Below, piece by piece: positions 42,361 to 52,967 of a stretch of DNA of 64,000 bases; position 1 is the first letter of the stretch; every line of letters starts with the position of its first letter. Origin of the DNA: a phage. A model generated the notes under the pieces. That model made no database searches, was not told the DNA's origin, and was given only the letters and a program-made list of their open reading frames with translations. The translations under genes and the position numbers were made by a program. The DNA lies in sequence record PZ168832.1; one strand, 5' to 3'.

Positions 42361-42777
42361 ATGAAGATCACCAACAAACAAACTGGTCGTACAGTAGAAA
42401 TTAAAATCAGCAAAATGACTGCGATGGAAGGCTGGAATATTCAGCGTCGCTTTGTCGAATTTGCAATGTCGAAGGACCCTGCGTTTCGTTCAGAGTATAC
42501 GATGGAAGTGTTGAGCTTCGCAAAAGTCGAGCTTGATGTTGGCCAAGAAATCCCATTAAGTACTGGTGCACTAATTGACAACCATCTTGGTGACTGGGAA
42601 AACCTTAAAGAAGTCTTCGAAGCAGTCCTCATGGAGAACGGTATAAACCCAGATACTCACGCCGAGCGTGAAGGCTACTGGGAACAAGCTGGCGGCGAAA
42701 TGGCTGCAGCATTCATCGGCGAATCGATGCGATTAATCGCGCCATTCCTCAGCGGCGAGACTCCAAACAAGGGGTAA
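42361..42777 (+). CDS. tail assembly chaperone-like protein (by position)
   Basis: 138 aa, immediately upstream of the tape measure gene. Confidence 0.5.
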   Translation: MKITNKQTGRTVEIKISKMTAMEGWNIQRRFVEFAMSKDPAFRSEYTMEVLSFAKVELDVGQEIPLSTGALIDNHLGDWENLKEVFEAVLMENGINPDTHAEREGYWEQAGGEMAAAFIGESMRLIAPFLSGETPNKG

Positions 42778-42780
42778 ACT

Positions 42781-44961
42781 GTGTCTGACTCATTAGAAAA
42801 ATTTGTGCTTCAATATACGGTGGACTTGAAAGAGTCCATCAATCGTCTTGAGCAATTGCAAGATAAGGTTGATCAGACAAACAAAAAGGCAAAATCCGCT
42901 GGCAAAGATTTCTCTGGAGCATTCAAAGATGTTTTTGGCGAGCTAAAGCCGCTTACTGGTGAGCTAGGGTCAATTGACGGAATACTTGCGCGGCTGACAT
43001 ATCGTTTTGCCGCGCTCGTCCCTGTTGTCGCAGGATTGGCAGTCGTCGTCAAATCCATCGTTGATGTTCGAAAAGAATACGAAGCGCAAAGAAAGCTTGG
43101 TTTTGAAGCCGGACTCTCTCCAATGGGTGTCGAACAACTACAACGACAGTTGAATGAAAGTTCAGGTGGCATCCTTGGCGCACAGGGGTCGCGAGACTTA
43201 ATCAGCAAAGCTTCTAATCTGGCATTCAATGCATACACCAACCCCGATGTGATGAACAAGGACAACTTGTTGTTGAACAAGATGGGGACAAGTCCTTTCA
43301 ACAGTAACGGCGGCATCAAAGACACGAATCAGCTGCTTGATGAAATTGGAACAAAGCTGAGAAGTGTGAATGAGCAAACCGCTCGTGCTATTGGTGCTCT
43401 GGCAGGTTTTACCGCCGATGAAGTCCGCGCCCTTCGCGAGCGCAACCAGTCTGTGAAAGAAAGCACACGCATAAGCGATGAGGAAACGGCAAAGCTGCAG
43501 CGCCAACAAGCTGCTCTTGAGACTATACGAAATAGTATGGGGCAAATTCAAGAAGATTGGCGGCGTATTGAGCTGGTTATCGGTGAAAACGTTATGCCTG
43601 CATTCTCGACGCTTGTCAGCAAAACCGCCGATACAGTCGAAGGATTCCAGATGATGTTCCAAAGAATGTCTGACGGATGGAGCGAATTTGTCGACAATTT
43701 CATCGCTGACTTGAAACACCCGTTTGATAAACAGGCGGCTGTTAACGAGCGTCACGAGCGTGCCGTTGATAGATGGATCACGCAGATGGCCGAAGGCGAT
43801 GTGAAACGCCAGAGGAACCAGGAGCAAAACGCAGCTGAACAACGTTCTGCGCAAGCACTTTTCACTCGCGATATAAACCTGTTTTCAAGCGCCGTTTCAA
43901 CATTTGCTGGCGTCATTGATGAGCGACAAGCATGGGCTGCATGGGCTGGTGAAATAGGACGAAGCGCAGGTCAATCTGCCATGCCTGGAACACCAGCACT
44001 AAGTACTGGCGCGACCGTAGGCAACAACTTGGGATCAGGCAATCCGACCGCTTACGACTCAATATATGAGGAAGCATCCAAGCGTTATGGAATCCCTGTT
44101 GCGATGATGAAGGCCGTAACAGAAGTCGAATCTGGATTCAACCCCAATGCCGTAAGCGGAGCAGGTGCGACCGGACTGATGCAAATCATGCCTTCCAACT
44201 TCAAGGGCCTTGGTATCACAGACGGCAACGACCCTAGACAAAACATTATGGGCGGCGCTCAACTGTTGAAAGAGTATTTAAACGCTGCCAACGGCGATTG
44301 GAATCTTGCGCTGACGATGTATCACGGCGGCTACGACCGCAGCGGCTGGGGCAAGAATACACGCGCTTATCCTGGAAAGGTCATGGCCGCTCTCGACCGA
44401 CAATCCAATGGTGAGTATGCCACGGCAGCGCCGCAAGGTGCACCAGTTACTCCAGTACTTAGCGGTAGCGGAGCGGAAGCACCAAAGGGCAGCTATGCAC
44501 CAGTACAAGGCCAATCGCGCCAAACGGTGCAATACAGGCAATTGCAAGAAGCCATTGCAGGATACCTGAACGTACCAGTTGAGCAGTTGATGCAGGGACA
44601 AGTAAACAAAGGTGATATTGACTTTGCTCAAACTTACCTTAAGCTTGGAACGCAAAGGGATTATATTAAAAATATGCAGCTGGCTTCAACTCCAGGTGTA
44701 AGACCGAACATTCAAGCCGAAGCGATGAAAAACGCTCGTCTTGCTGCATTCCAACTTGAAGCATTCCAGAAATATGGCGGCGACCTTTCCGCGAATAGTC
44801 GACCTGGTGGGCGTGATATTACTATGGGTCAGAAAAACGTTGTCATCAACGTAAACGGCGCTCAAGACCCACGCAGCACGGCGTTCGAAACGAAACGGGT
44901 GCTTGAACAAGATGATATCAACGACATAAACAACCTTACTGCTACACCTTTGAAGTGGTGA
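42781..44961 (+). CDS. tape measure protein with a lytic transglycosylase (SLT) domain
   Basis: 726 aa with a helical N-terminal half. SLT motif AVTEVESGFNPNAVSGAGATGLMQIMPSNF. Confidence 0.85.
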   Translation: MSDSLEKFVLQYTVDLKESINRLEQLQDKVDQTNKKAKSAGKDFSGAFKDVFGELKPLTGELGSIDGILARLTYRFAALVPVVAGLAVVVKSIVDVRKEYEAQRKLGFEAGLSPMGVEQLQRQLNESSGGILGAQGSRDLISKASNLAFNAYTNPDVMNKDNLLLNKMGTSPFNSNGGIKDTNQLLDEIGTKLRSVNEQTARAIGALAGFTADEVRALRERNQSVKESTRISDEETAKLQRQQAALETIRNSMGQIQEDWRRIELVIGENVMPAFSTLVSKTADTVEGFQMMFQRMSDGWSEFVDNFIADLKHPFDKQAAVNERHERAVDRWITQMAEGDVKRQRNQEQNAAEQRSAQALFTRDINLFSSAVSTFAGVIDERQAWAAWAGEIGRSAGQSAMPGTPALSTGATVGNNLGSGNPTAYDSIYEEASKRYGIPVAMMKAVTEVESGFNPNAVSGAGATGLMQIMPSNFKGLGITDGNDPRQNIMGGAQLLKEYLNAANGDWNLALTMYHGGYDRSGWGKNTRAYPGKVMAALDRQSNGEYATAAPQGAPVTPVLSGSGAEAPKGSYAPVQGQSRQTVQYRQLQEAIAGYLNVPVEQLMQGQVNKGDIDFAQTYLKLGTQRDYIKNMQLASTPGVRPNIQAEAMKNARLAAFQLEAFQKYGGDLSANSRPGGRDITMGQKNVVINVNGAQDPRSTAFETKRVLEQDDINDINNLTATPLKW

Positions 44962-44965
44962 TAAT

Positions 44966-45838
44966 TTGAAAAAGAGAATCCTTAAAGTCACCTTATCTAT
45001 GCCGGATGGCACAAGCCAAGTGCTTGATGAAGGATTGATGCTTAGATGCCGAATCAAAAAGGCAGCACTTTCCGTGCAAAATAAGGCCACAATCGAAGTC
45101 GCAGGATTGACAGGGTACTTGAGAGAGCACCTGCTTTCCAACTTCACCGCATTCAACAAACGTCTGCGTGATCAAGGCCAATTGGCGGCGAATTACGTCA
45201 ACGTAACAATTGAAGCTGGATATAGAGAAGGCAACGTTGTTAGCAGCAACTTAGTCTACAAGGGGCAAGTCACAACGGTCGAGATAACAGCGCCGCCGCC
45301 GAACATCGTCATACGCATCACTTGCTACACCAACCAGATAAACAGGACTAAGTTCATCACTCAAGCTGCACCGTCAAACCCAACATTCAAAGAGTTTGTG
45401 GAGTGGTCGGCAAAGCAAATGGATATTGATACTGTTATCTGCGATACTTCGATTAACAATCAGCGTCTTGTTAACCCAGGCCGCACAACATATGTTGCAG
45501 CCGCCTTGCTGCTTGAGATTCAGAACTATCAAAGGAACTCTATTGCGGCATATATCGATGATGATACGCTCATCGTCAAGGATAAAGACAAAATTCTGAA
45601 TCCAGAACAGATAACGGTGATTGAGGAATTTGTCGGAATACCGATGTGGAACGAGTGGGGCGCTGACTTCACTTGCATGTATAACGCGGATTTGAAGCTT
45701 GCCCAAGGTGTGAAATTCAAATCAGTCTTAAACCCAAGCTTGAACGACACCACATTCGTCATCATGCAACTTGAATATGATTTAGCAAGTCGTGATGACA
45801 TATTTACGGTGACGGGCGGCGTTGCACCATCGGCCTAA
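44966..45838 (+). CDS. baseplate hub/tail protein
   Basis: 290 aa. TTG start after GGTGA. Assigned by position after the tape measure. Confidence 0.55.
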   Translation: MKKRILKVTLSMPDGTSQVLDEGLMLRCRIKKAALSVQNKATIEVAGLTGYLREHLLSNFTAFNKRLRDQGQLAANYVNVTIEAGYREGNVVSSNLVYKGQVTTVEITAPPPNIVIRITCYTNQINRTKFITQAAPSNPTFKEFVEWSAKQMDIDTVICDTSINNQRLVNPGRTTYVAAALLLEIQNYQRNSIAAYIDDDTLIVKDKDKILNPEQITVIEEFVGIPMWNEWGADFTCMYNADLKLAQGVKFKSVLNPSLNDTTFVIMQLEYDLASRDDIFTVTGGVAPSA

Positions 45839-45840
45839 AT

Positions 45841-46362
45841 ATGAGAAAGAATAAAGTAATTGAGTTGTTTGGAGTTACTTATGAAATACATCAATTCAGC
45901 GCAATAGATGCGTTTGAAATGGTTGATGCGATAAGCATATTAACTCCACTTGAATTATTAAGTGAATGTCATGTTATTAAATATGACGGAACTAAAGTCA
46001 GGTTAAACTCTGAGAAGGCCATAAGTGAAGAAGTGAAAAGTGTGCCAAATCACTTGCCGCCAAACCTTGTATTGAAAGTTCTAATGGAAGCGGTAAAGAA
46101 GCACAATTTTGGATTCCTCAGTGATTGGAAAGGCACTAAGATTCCAAATAGATTCTTGGCTGACGTTCCGACCGTGGAGCCTAATTATCTTGAGCCGATG
46201 GTTGCAAGCCTAATAAACAATGGTCTTGCTTCGTTAAAAGAACTGGAAGAATATTATTCATTGCGTGATGCATTCGCCATGTTTGATGGACTAATAGCAA
46301 AATCACTTAATGAAGCCTACTCAAACGAAGCTGCCATTAAAGAATCAAAGTCAAATCGCTAA
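45841..46362 (+). CDS. hypothetical baseplate protein
   Basis: 173-aa ORF. Confidence 0.5.
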   Translation: MRKNKVIELFGVTYEIHQFSAIDAFEMVDAISILTPLELLSECHVIKYDGTKVRLNSEKAISEEVKSVPNHLPPNLVLKVLMEAVKKHNFGFLSDWKGTKIPNRFLADVPTVEPNYLEPMVASLINNGLASLKELEEYYSLRDAFAMFDGLIAKSLNEAYSNEAAIKESKSNR

Positions 46363-46366
46363 AATA

Positions 46367-46395
46367 TTGCTTATAGACTCCTTATAGATTATAAT
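46367..46395 (+). promoter_or_regulatory. internal sigma70-like promoter in the tail module
   Basis: TTGCTT, 17 nt spacer, TATAAT. Confidence 0.5.
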
Positions 46396-46419
46396 TTGTT
46401 GATCAGATATAAGGAGTCT

Positions 46420-47148
46420 ATGATGGCAGAAAAGTTAACCCAACTTACAAGCCCCAACCAAACTGACAAATCAAGTATGTTTGCCGCGCTGCAGGGAATG
46501 CTGGACCGTGGCAAGTATACCACTGACGGCATGATTCCTGCACAAGTAATATCTTATGACCGCAAACAGAATTTAGCAGTCATAAAGCCTGTTATTCATT
46601 TCGTAAGTCTTGATGATAGACCAGTGGAGCGTCAACCACTGGTGTCAATTCCTGTATTGGCAATCGGCGGCGGCGGCTTCGTAATCAACTTTCCTCTGAA
46701 AGAGGGTGATTTGGGCTGGATATTCGCTGGCGACCGCGAGTTGTCGACATTCCTTGAAGAATTGAAGCCGACCGCGCCTACCAATGGCCGCGCGAAAACT
46801 TTCGCTGATGGACTGTTCATACCGGATGTATTTCGAAAATACACCATAAGCGGAGAGGATGCAGGCTCAATGGTAATCCAGTCACTCAGCGGAGCTGTCC
46901 GCATCGCATTAAGTGATGACTCGATAAACATAACTGCATCGGCTGGAGTAAATGTGAAAACACCAATAACCACTATCGACCAACAATTGATAGTTAATGG
47001 AAAGGCAACGTTCAATGGTGGTATAGAAGGGAAAGAAGGAACGACGGCAACGCTTCCGACTGGCACAACAATCGGCGGCACAAATGTATCCACTCACGGT
47101 CACATAGGTAACGGACCTGGAAACAGAACTGGGGATATGATAGAATGA
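46420..47148 (+). CDS. baseplate central spike (gpV / gp138-like)
   Basis: OB-fold-like N-terminus AQVISYDRKQNLAVIKP...PLKEGDLGWIFAGDREL and a C-terminal apex STHGHIGNGPGNRTG. AAGGAG SD (start 46420 or 46423). Confidence 0.7.
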   Translation: MMAEKLTQLTSPNQTDKSSMFAALQGMLDRGKYTTDGMIPAQVISYDRKQNLAVIKPVIHFVSLDDRPVERQPLVSIPVLAIGGGGFVINFPLKEGDLGWIFAGDRELSTFLEELKPTAPTNGRAKTFADGLFIPDVFRKYTISGEDAGSMVIQSLSGAVRIALSDDSINITASAGVNVKTPITTIDQQLIVNGKATFNGGIEGKEGTTATLPTGTTIGGTNVSTHGHIGNGPGNRTGDMIE

Positions 47149-48416
47149 GTGCACAATATTCTTACATAGTAAGCACTGGTGTAATAACCATCGACACAGC
47201 CGATTTGCTGGCTGACGTTCAAAGTGAATGGATTGAGTCATTAGGGGTCGGGCTTGACGTTGATGCCTCGACACCGCAAGGCACCCTAATCGCGACAGAG
47301 ACTTTGGCAAGAACTTCAGTCATGAAGAATAACGCCGAGCTGGGAAGTCTCATCAACCCTAATTATTCATATGGCGTATACCTTGATGCCATCGCGGCGT
47401 TGCTTGGTATTGAGCGAACGAAAAACATCAGCACGATGTTGAAAGGCATTACCGCAGAAGGAACGCCGCTGTTGGAAATTCCTGCTGGAAGTTTGCTGAC
47501 GGATTCAAATGGCACATACTGGTATGTTTTGGAAGACGTTCAAATCACTTCGACTGGCAAGACAAGCAATATGACTCTTGCATCAAAAGAGTATGGCTCA
47601 TTTACTGTTGCACCTGATGAAGAGTTTACCGTGGTGCAAGGATATGACGTCATCGGATGGTCAAGAACGTATTCAACATCAGCAACGACGACCGTACCAG
47701 GTACGCAATACATGGGCGACGGAGCGTTAAAGGCCGCTCGCGTTAAGCGCCTTTACCAGCAGGGAATTGCATCGCTTGGTGCTATTCGCGCTCGCGCCAT
47801 GTCGGTCGACGGCGTGGAATCGGTGATGGTAGTGGAGAATGACACGGGATTGCCTGGAACGGTGCGCGGCATCACCTTTTCAACGCCTAACGGTGTCTGG
47901 GTGTGCGCAAGCGGAACGTTCGATAAGCAAGTTTTTGCTGAGACTATTTTCAAGGCAAAGATGGGCGGCCAACCGTGGGACTTTGGTGCTACCAACCAGG
48001 GTGATCCAGTCAACTCGCCTGATGGAATAGAAGTTGTCGACGAAGAATCGCAACTGTCTTATTTCGTAAAGTTCAACACTGCTGTCATATATGACTTGTA
48101 TGTCGACATTACTGTTGTAAGAGGCACCGCAACCGCCGATGCCGAATCTATTATTGCCGCTGTGTTGAATTACGGTAATGGAAATTTTAACGGCGAGCAA
48201 GGATATGCAGTGGGTCAATCTCAATCTTCTTTTGAGATTGCTTCATCAGTGTCTTGCGAGTATCCAGGTCTGTACATTAAAGATTGCAAAATTGCAGCAG
48301 TTAAAAGCGGACAGGCAGCGCCAAATTATCCATCCGATTACGGCAGCGAGTGGATTGCCAATCCTTGGGATAAGGCTAATACTATGCGCGGCTTCATCAA
48401 CGTTAAATTTGTGTGA
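47145..48416 (+). CDS. baseplate J-like wedge protein
   Basis: 423 aa. The N-terminus pattern ...DVDASTPQGTLIATETLARTS...YLDAIAALLGIER is typical of the gpJ/gp47 family. Confidence 0.7.
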   Translation: MSAQYSYIVSTGVITIDTADLLADVQSEWIESLGVGLDVDASTPQGTLIATETLARTSVMKNNAELGSLINPNYSYGVYLDAIAALLGIERTKNISTMLKGITAEGTPLLEIPAGSLLTDSNGTYWYVLEDVQITSTGKTSNMTLASKEYGSFTVAPDEEFTVVQGYDVIGWSRTYSTSATTTVPGTQYMGDGALKAARVKRLYQQGIASLGAIRARAMSVDGVESVMVVENDTGLPGTVRGITFSTPNGVWVCASGTFDKQVFAETIFKAKMGGQPWDFGATNQGDPVNSPDGIEVVDEESQLSYFVKFNTAVIYDLYVDITVVRGTATADAESIIAAVLNYGNGNFNGEQGYAVGQSQSSFEIASSVSCEYPGLYIKDCKIAAVKSGQAAPNYPSDYGSEWIANPWDKANTMRGFINVKFV

Positions 48417-48422
48417 GGAACT

Positions 48423-51161
48423 ATGCAAAAGTTTGACACAAACCTGTTGCAAAACCTTAAGTGGATGCAGAACAATGCGCCAAACATCACATCTTTGGTG
48501 CAAAAGAAAAGTGACTGGTATGAAAGATACCAAGATCAGTTTTGGACTGACTGGTACAATAACATTTTTAACATTGACACTTGTGATGCAATGGGCATTT
48601 ATATTTGGTGCGACATCCTTTGCATACCAAGAGACTTTGTGGACTTAAGCAACTATGAGCACAACTGGGCGTTTGGACCCACACGCGACAATTTCGAAGG
48701 GCCGGACAATATCGGCGGCAACTTCTTTGGTGCTGGCGGAAAGGTTGTGAAAAACATCGAAGAAGCCCGCATCCTTCTGAAGCTTCGTTATCTGACGCTT
48801 ACAAGTGATGGCCGCATAGAAAGCATCAACCGTATGCTTAAGTGGATTTTCAACCGTGGAGAAGATTGGGATTACTCTTCATCGCGCTACGCATATGTGA
48901 CAGATAATACTCAAGGCGCGGTGTCTTCTTCTGAAGCAACAAACGGCTCATTCCTTCTGTACGACTGGCAGGGGTCAACTGAGATTCAGCACGATTATAA
49001 ACAAGTTCTTTTGAGCCACGGCAACAACGCAGGACTTACCATAAGTGGGGTGGCAGGGACCGTTTCGCGAATGGCACACCCAGACTGGTATTCATGGGGT
49101 AATGGTTCCGGCGCTGGTATTGTCGGTGGCGACACCAGACAGTACGGCGGCCCTGATTACTATGGACAGTTGTGTGGCGATTACCCAGGTGAGGCAATAG
49201 AGAATTTTGCCAACGCAGTAAGGGTCGTCAAGACGGCTTCAAGCGGTGAGCCTGTGTATTCTTTGGCTAATAATCCAAGCGCACAGTCAATTGCCCTTCC
49301 TTCGCAGGCTGGCGTTAACGTTTGCTATAGCTTCTACATAAAGGTGCTTTCTGAAAACGTCGCTTCTGTTTCTGTTACAGAGAATAGTGATGCATCGAGC
49401 AATGGAAAGCTGTTTGACCCCGTCACCGGCCAGTTCAACTTGGACCCGTCATTGAGCTATTTCATCAAAGGCAAATTCGATGGAGTAAGAAGGGAATCAA
49501 ACCGTGGTGGCATAAAAGCAATTGGCGGCGATTGGTATCGAATCTGGATTGTAGAGCAGACGGCAACCGCTGCTTCTGGAGTAAGTACCAGCTTTTCAAT
49601 AGAGTTGAAGGCGACTGCCGCTGGATCAACTCAAACTCGTGAATTGCCTGAAGGGTCTGATGCACTTCTTTTTGGATACTCGATTTGCGTCTGCGACCCT
49701 GTTCAGAATCCAAATGGGCCTGAGCCTTATTTTTATGGAACGCAAAACCCTCCTTCTGACGGAACAGCAATACTGTCTGTAACGGCGGGAACGCTCAACA
49801 ACATCTCCTGTGCAAACGGACCGCTGACGACAAGAAACGGTGTGGTTGGCGAGTCATTCATGCAACCTGGCTCATCACTTGCATACTCTGGCTCAATCGG
49901 CGGCTACCCGTACCCAGGGAACGCCACATTGATTGCAGAGACTGACGGCATCAGACGCTCATGGAACGTTAGCAGGCTTGATGGAGTACCGCCGCCGCCG
50001 ACCGCTGACTATTACATGGAATACGTCATCGGACCTTATTTCGCCAACAACCTGTCAGACAACTTTAAGACGCTAGTTGGCGACAGGAATGAAGGATTCT
50101 TGCCAGCAAATGCCGGAATACGTTGGCAGCTTTACCAAGAAGTCGCAGACTTATCTGATATTGATTTGACCGTCAGCAACATAACAGACACGCGAGTAGG
50201 ATTCGAAACGGAAGGTGTCGCATGGATTAACACTGACGGCATCATCAGAGTTGGCGGCATAAACGAGTGGCCGTTGAACAACTTCAAAGGTGTTATACGA
50301 CAGCTTGAATCTTTGAAAGGTGTGAACCAAGTTATCGACGGCGCACTTGTCAACGACTATTCAATCTCAAAAGCATCAAGAGATGACTTTGGTCGTGAAA
50401 TCCCACGTGCCGCGATCACAAACTACTGGCGATACACACAGCCCAATGACGGCACATCTTTTGGAAATATCGTCAAGGACGGAGATAACACGGTAACGGC
50501 GACGCCAATCAGCGGTGTGCCCAACCAGTTCCCATCATTCAAGCTTTCCGCTACAATAGGGACTGTGCCAGCGTCCGGCTATGCACGTGCTGTACTTGCT
50601 ACTAAATACACTGGCAACCTGACTGGTCCTTTGTCATTTATCGCAATAGTTAAAAACAACACGGTAAACGGTCAAAAACTTTTCGTAACCGTACCGGATG
50701 GTATGGGCGGCTATATCCCTAAATTCTACAGCATAGGCGCAGGTGATTTGCAACGTATCGAAATTGACCTTGCCGCTGAGATTGTTGCAGGAACGACTTG
50801 GGATGGTTCGACAGGTGGAATCAGCATTGGTTTGATATCAGGGAAAGACTTGCCGACCGAAGTTGGTACGACTCTTGAACTTGATATTTTAAGCTTGATG
50901 CTTGTTTCTGGTAATACGATGAATGCTCTTGCGATTTCAACAAGCGAAGATTTTGCAAAGAAAACTGCAACTTCTATATACATCAAAAACCCAGGGTCAC
51001 TGGCGACTGGAGTTCAATTGATAGCTTCGAATGGGGATGTTGTAGCGACAGTAAACTTTCCAAGAAGTGCTGCTGGCGGTTATGTTTCAAGCATGAATAT
51101 AACTGACTTGACTGGTGATTGGGCATCGACCCTTTTATCAAAAATTAAATACATCGTGTAG
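48423..51161 (+). CDS. baseplate/tail-fibre-attachment protein with a long C-terminal extension
   Basis: 912 aa. The N-terminal approximately 120 aa (NLKWMQNNAPNITSLVQKKSDWYERYQDQFWTDWYNNIFNIDT) resembles gpI-like baseplate proteins. Confidence 0.65.
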   Translation: MQKFDTNLLQNLKWMQNNAPNITSLVQKKSDWYERYQDQFWTDWYNNIFNIDTCDAMGIYIWCDILCIPRDFVDLSNYEHNWAFGPTRDNFEGPDNIGGNFFGAGGKVVKNIEEARILLKLRYLTLTSDGRIESINRMLKWIFNRGEDWDYSSSRYAYVTDNTQGAVSSSEATNGSFLLYDWQGSTEIQHDYKQVLLSHGNNAGLTISGVAGTVSRMAHPDWYSWGNGSGAGIVGGDTRQYGGPDYYGQLCGDYPGEAIENFANAVRVVKTASSGEPVYSLANNPSAQSIALPSQAGVNVCYSFYIKVLSENVASVSVTENSDASSNGKLFDPVTGQFNLDPSLSYFIKGKFDGVRRESNRGGIKAIGGDWYRIWIVEQTATAASGVSTSFSIELKATAAGSTQTRELPEGSDALLFGYSICVCDPVQNPNGPEPYFYGTQNPPSDGTAILSVTAGTLNNISCANGPLTTRNGVVGESFMQPGSSLAYSGSIGGYPYPGNATLIAETDGIRRSWNVSRLDGVPPPPTADYYMEYVIGPYFANNLSDNFKTLVGDRNEGFLPANAGIRWQLYQEVADLSDIDLTVSNITDTRVGFETEGVAWINTDGIIRVGGINEWPLNNFKGVIRQLESLKGVNQVIDGALVNDYSISKASRDDFGREIPRAAITNYWRYTQPNDGTSFGNIVKDGDNTVTATPISGVPNQFPSFKLSATIGTVPASGYARAVLATKYTGNLTGPLSFIAIVKNNTVNGQKLFVTVPDGMGGYIPKFYSIGAGDLQRIEIDLAAEIVAGTTWDGSTGGISIGLISGKDLPTEVGTTLELDILSLMLVSGNTMNALAISTSEDFAKKTATSIYIKNPGSLATGVQLIASNGDVVATVNFPRSAAGGYVSSMNITDLTGDWASTLLSKIKYIV

Positions 51162-51171
51162 AGGAACGGCA

Positions 51172-52959
51172 ATGCCAACACTTATTAACAGACCTTTCGC
51201 GCAAAGCGGTGATGTATCCGTGGTGCCGGATGCAAGCCCAAGTGGTTATGTGAACTTCCAGCGCGGATACACCCCTGACTATGCGCTTGCTCTGGCGGCT
51301 GGAAACGTCTCCGCGAAAGCTGTTGAGCGCGAATCGATGAACTGGTTGTTGAATCTGATTACAGACAACCTTATGTTTATTCAAGATCATGGCGCTCAAC
51401 AATATTTCTCTTCTGACTTGAAGCCGGATGGATACCCGAAAAACGCCATCGTAGTAAGCAACTCTGGAACTCCTTCAGCGCCTGAATGGCGCATTTTCCA
51501 GAGCGTAGTTGACGGAAACACAAGCGCCGTCCCGGCCAACGGAGAAACGGAATCTTGGCAGGAATTAACACTGCCCAGCGAAGCGCGAAAATACATTCCT
51601 ATGCCTGCTGGCGGCGATGCGCAAAACCCGTATTTTGTTCGCGGATTGATTTCAAGTGTTGTTGACTTTGACAATATCACGACTTCCACAACTATCGTGA
51701 TTCAATCCGATGCCGTTGCCGCTCTGTGCTCTAACATACCGAATGCTGTTGGCGCAACGAAGGTTGCAGGTCGGCTGCAGGTATGCGCTTGGCAGGTCGA
51801 TGAACAAACCTTTGCCTTGCAGCAATATACATCAATGAATGGCTATTTGTTTACTCGCTCTTATACTTCTGGTGCTTGGAGTGCTTGGATTCAAAATGCC
51901 ACTGTTCAAGACGTTCAAATTGGAACGCCGAATCTTGCATCAGGTAAAGGAGCGCAAGACATAATCCTTACCGTCCCAGCAGGTTATTCATGGCCTCCGT
52001 CAGCAGGTAGTCGCCTGACAATCGTCAATGATGTGACGACTACCGGACCTGTCACTGTGACCATTGGTGTAAACAAAGTTGCCGTTCTTGGATTCGACGG
52101 CAGCGAGTTGCCAGCTGGCGCTATCGTAGGCCTGTTGCCATTCACCATCATCTATGACGGCACTGTTTGGCGTCTTCTTCAGGCATTCGGCGCGGCGCAA
52201 ATCGGCGTTGATGCTACGGAGCCGCAGCAGTTTGTTACCAAAAGGCAACTTGACGCGCTTGCCGCGAAGTTGATTACCATGGGTGACGTATTCGAAGTCG
52301 GTGAGACTCGATTCCTTACCAACGGGACCAACCCGAATACTAAACTGGGCGCTTACGGCCAGGTATGGACACGACTGCCTGATAACATGGTGATTCGCAC
52401 GTCCGGCGCTGCGCGAAACGGTCTTGATACAGGCGGAGCAGACTCTGTTACTCTCACCGCCGCCATGCTTCCTCTCCATAATCACAGCGTGAACATTACC
52501 ACGCGACAAAGTGGTCCATGGTCCAATACCACTGGAGACGCAGGCAACCATAACCACACAGGCGATACCAGTCAAAACGGCGCTCACGTGCACGGAATGG
52601 ACACGGCAGGCAACCACCATCATGACAGTAGCTGGGGTGAAGCGAATACGAACGATGCACGATACGGCGTTTATGATGGAACACACAACAACTTCGGAAG
52701 TCGAAAGGGCGGCGACTGGGACAACTACAAATACAACACTTCAACCAACGGCAACCACGTCCATAATATTCAGTCGTCTGGATCACACACCCATGGGTTG
52801 AATATAAATTACGCTGGCAATCACAGCCATAGCTATACCCTTCCCGCTCACACTCACGATGTGGTCGGTAACACTGGCAACGCAGGGCAGTCCGTTCCAA
52901 CGGCTGTTTCAACCCTGCCGCGATATGTCGTCTTGAACGGCTGGTACAGAAGCGCATAA
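51172..52959 (+). CDS. tail fibre protein with HxH repeats
   Basis: Internal ATG with AGAGGAA SD. The C-terminal GNHNHTGD, GAHVHGMD, GNHHHD, GNHVHNIQ, GSHTHGLN, GNHSHSY and AHTHDV are metal-binding HxH repeats as seen in T4-type fibres. Confidence 0.8.
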   Translation: MPTLINRPFAQSGDVSVVPDASPSGYVNFQRGYTPDYALALAAGNVSAKAVERESMNWLLNLITDNLMFIQDHGAQQYFSSDLKPDGYPKNAIVVSNSGTPSAPEWRIFQSVVDGNTSAVPANGETESWQELTLPSEARKYIPMPAGGDAQNPYFVRGLISSVVDFDNITTSTTIVIQSDAVAALCSNIPNAVGATKVAGRLQVCAWQVDEQTFALQQYTSMNGYLFTRSYTSGAWSAWIQNATVQDVQIGTPNLASGKGAQDIILTVPAGYSWPPSAGSRLTIVNDVTTTGPVTVTIGVNKVAVLGFDGSELPAGAIVGLLPFTIIYDGTVWRLLQAFGAAQIGVDATEPQQFVTKRQLDALAAKLITMGDVFEVGETRFLTNGTNPNTKLGAYGQVWTRLPDNMVIRTSGAARNGLDTGGADSVTLTAAMLPLHNHSVNITTRQSGPWSNTTGDAGNHNHTGDTSQNGAHVHGMDTAGNHHHDSSWGEANTNDARYGVYDGTHNNFGSRKGGDWDNYKYNTSTNGNHVHNIQSSGSHTHGLNINYAGNHSHSYTLPAHTHDVVGNTGNAGQSVPTAVSTLPRYVVLNGWYRSA

Positions 52960-52967
52960 GGTGATTT

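Noticed and set aside
42361-42781. A programmed frameshift in the chaperone gene upstream of the tape measure.
   Set aside because: No slippery heptamer is seen near the 3' end, and the tape measure start follows the stop by 3 nt. This leaves no room for an extended frameshift product.
43198-43854. 218-aa minus-strand ORF inside the tape measure gene. The same applies to 52000-52686 and 52496-53044 inside the fibre gene, 42873-43325, 46632-47093 and 7479-7991.
   Set aside because: All are antisense shadows of long, well-supported genes.
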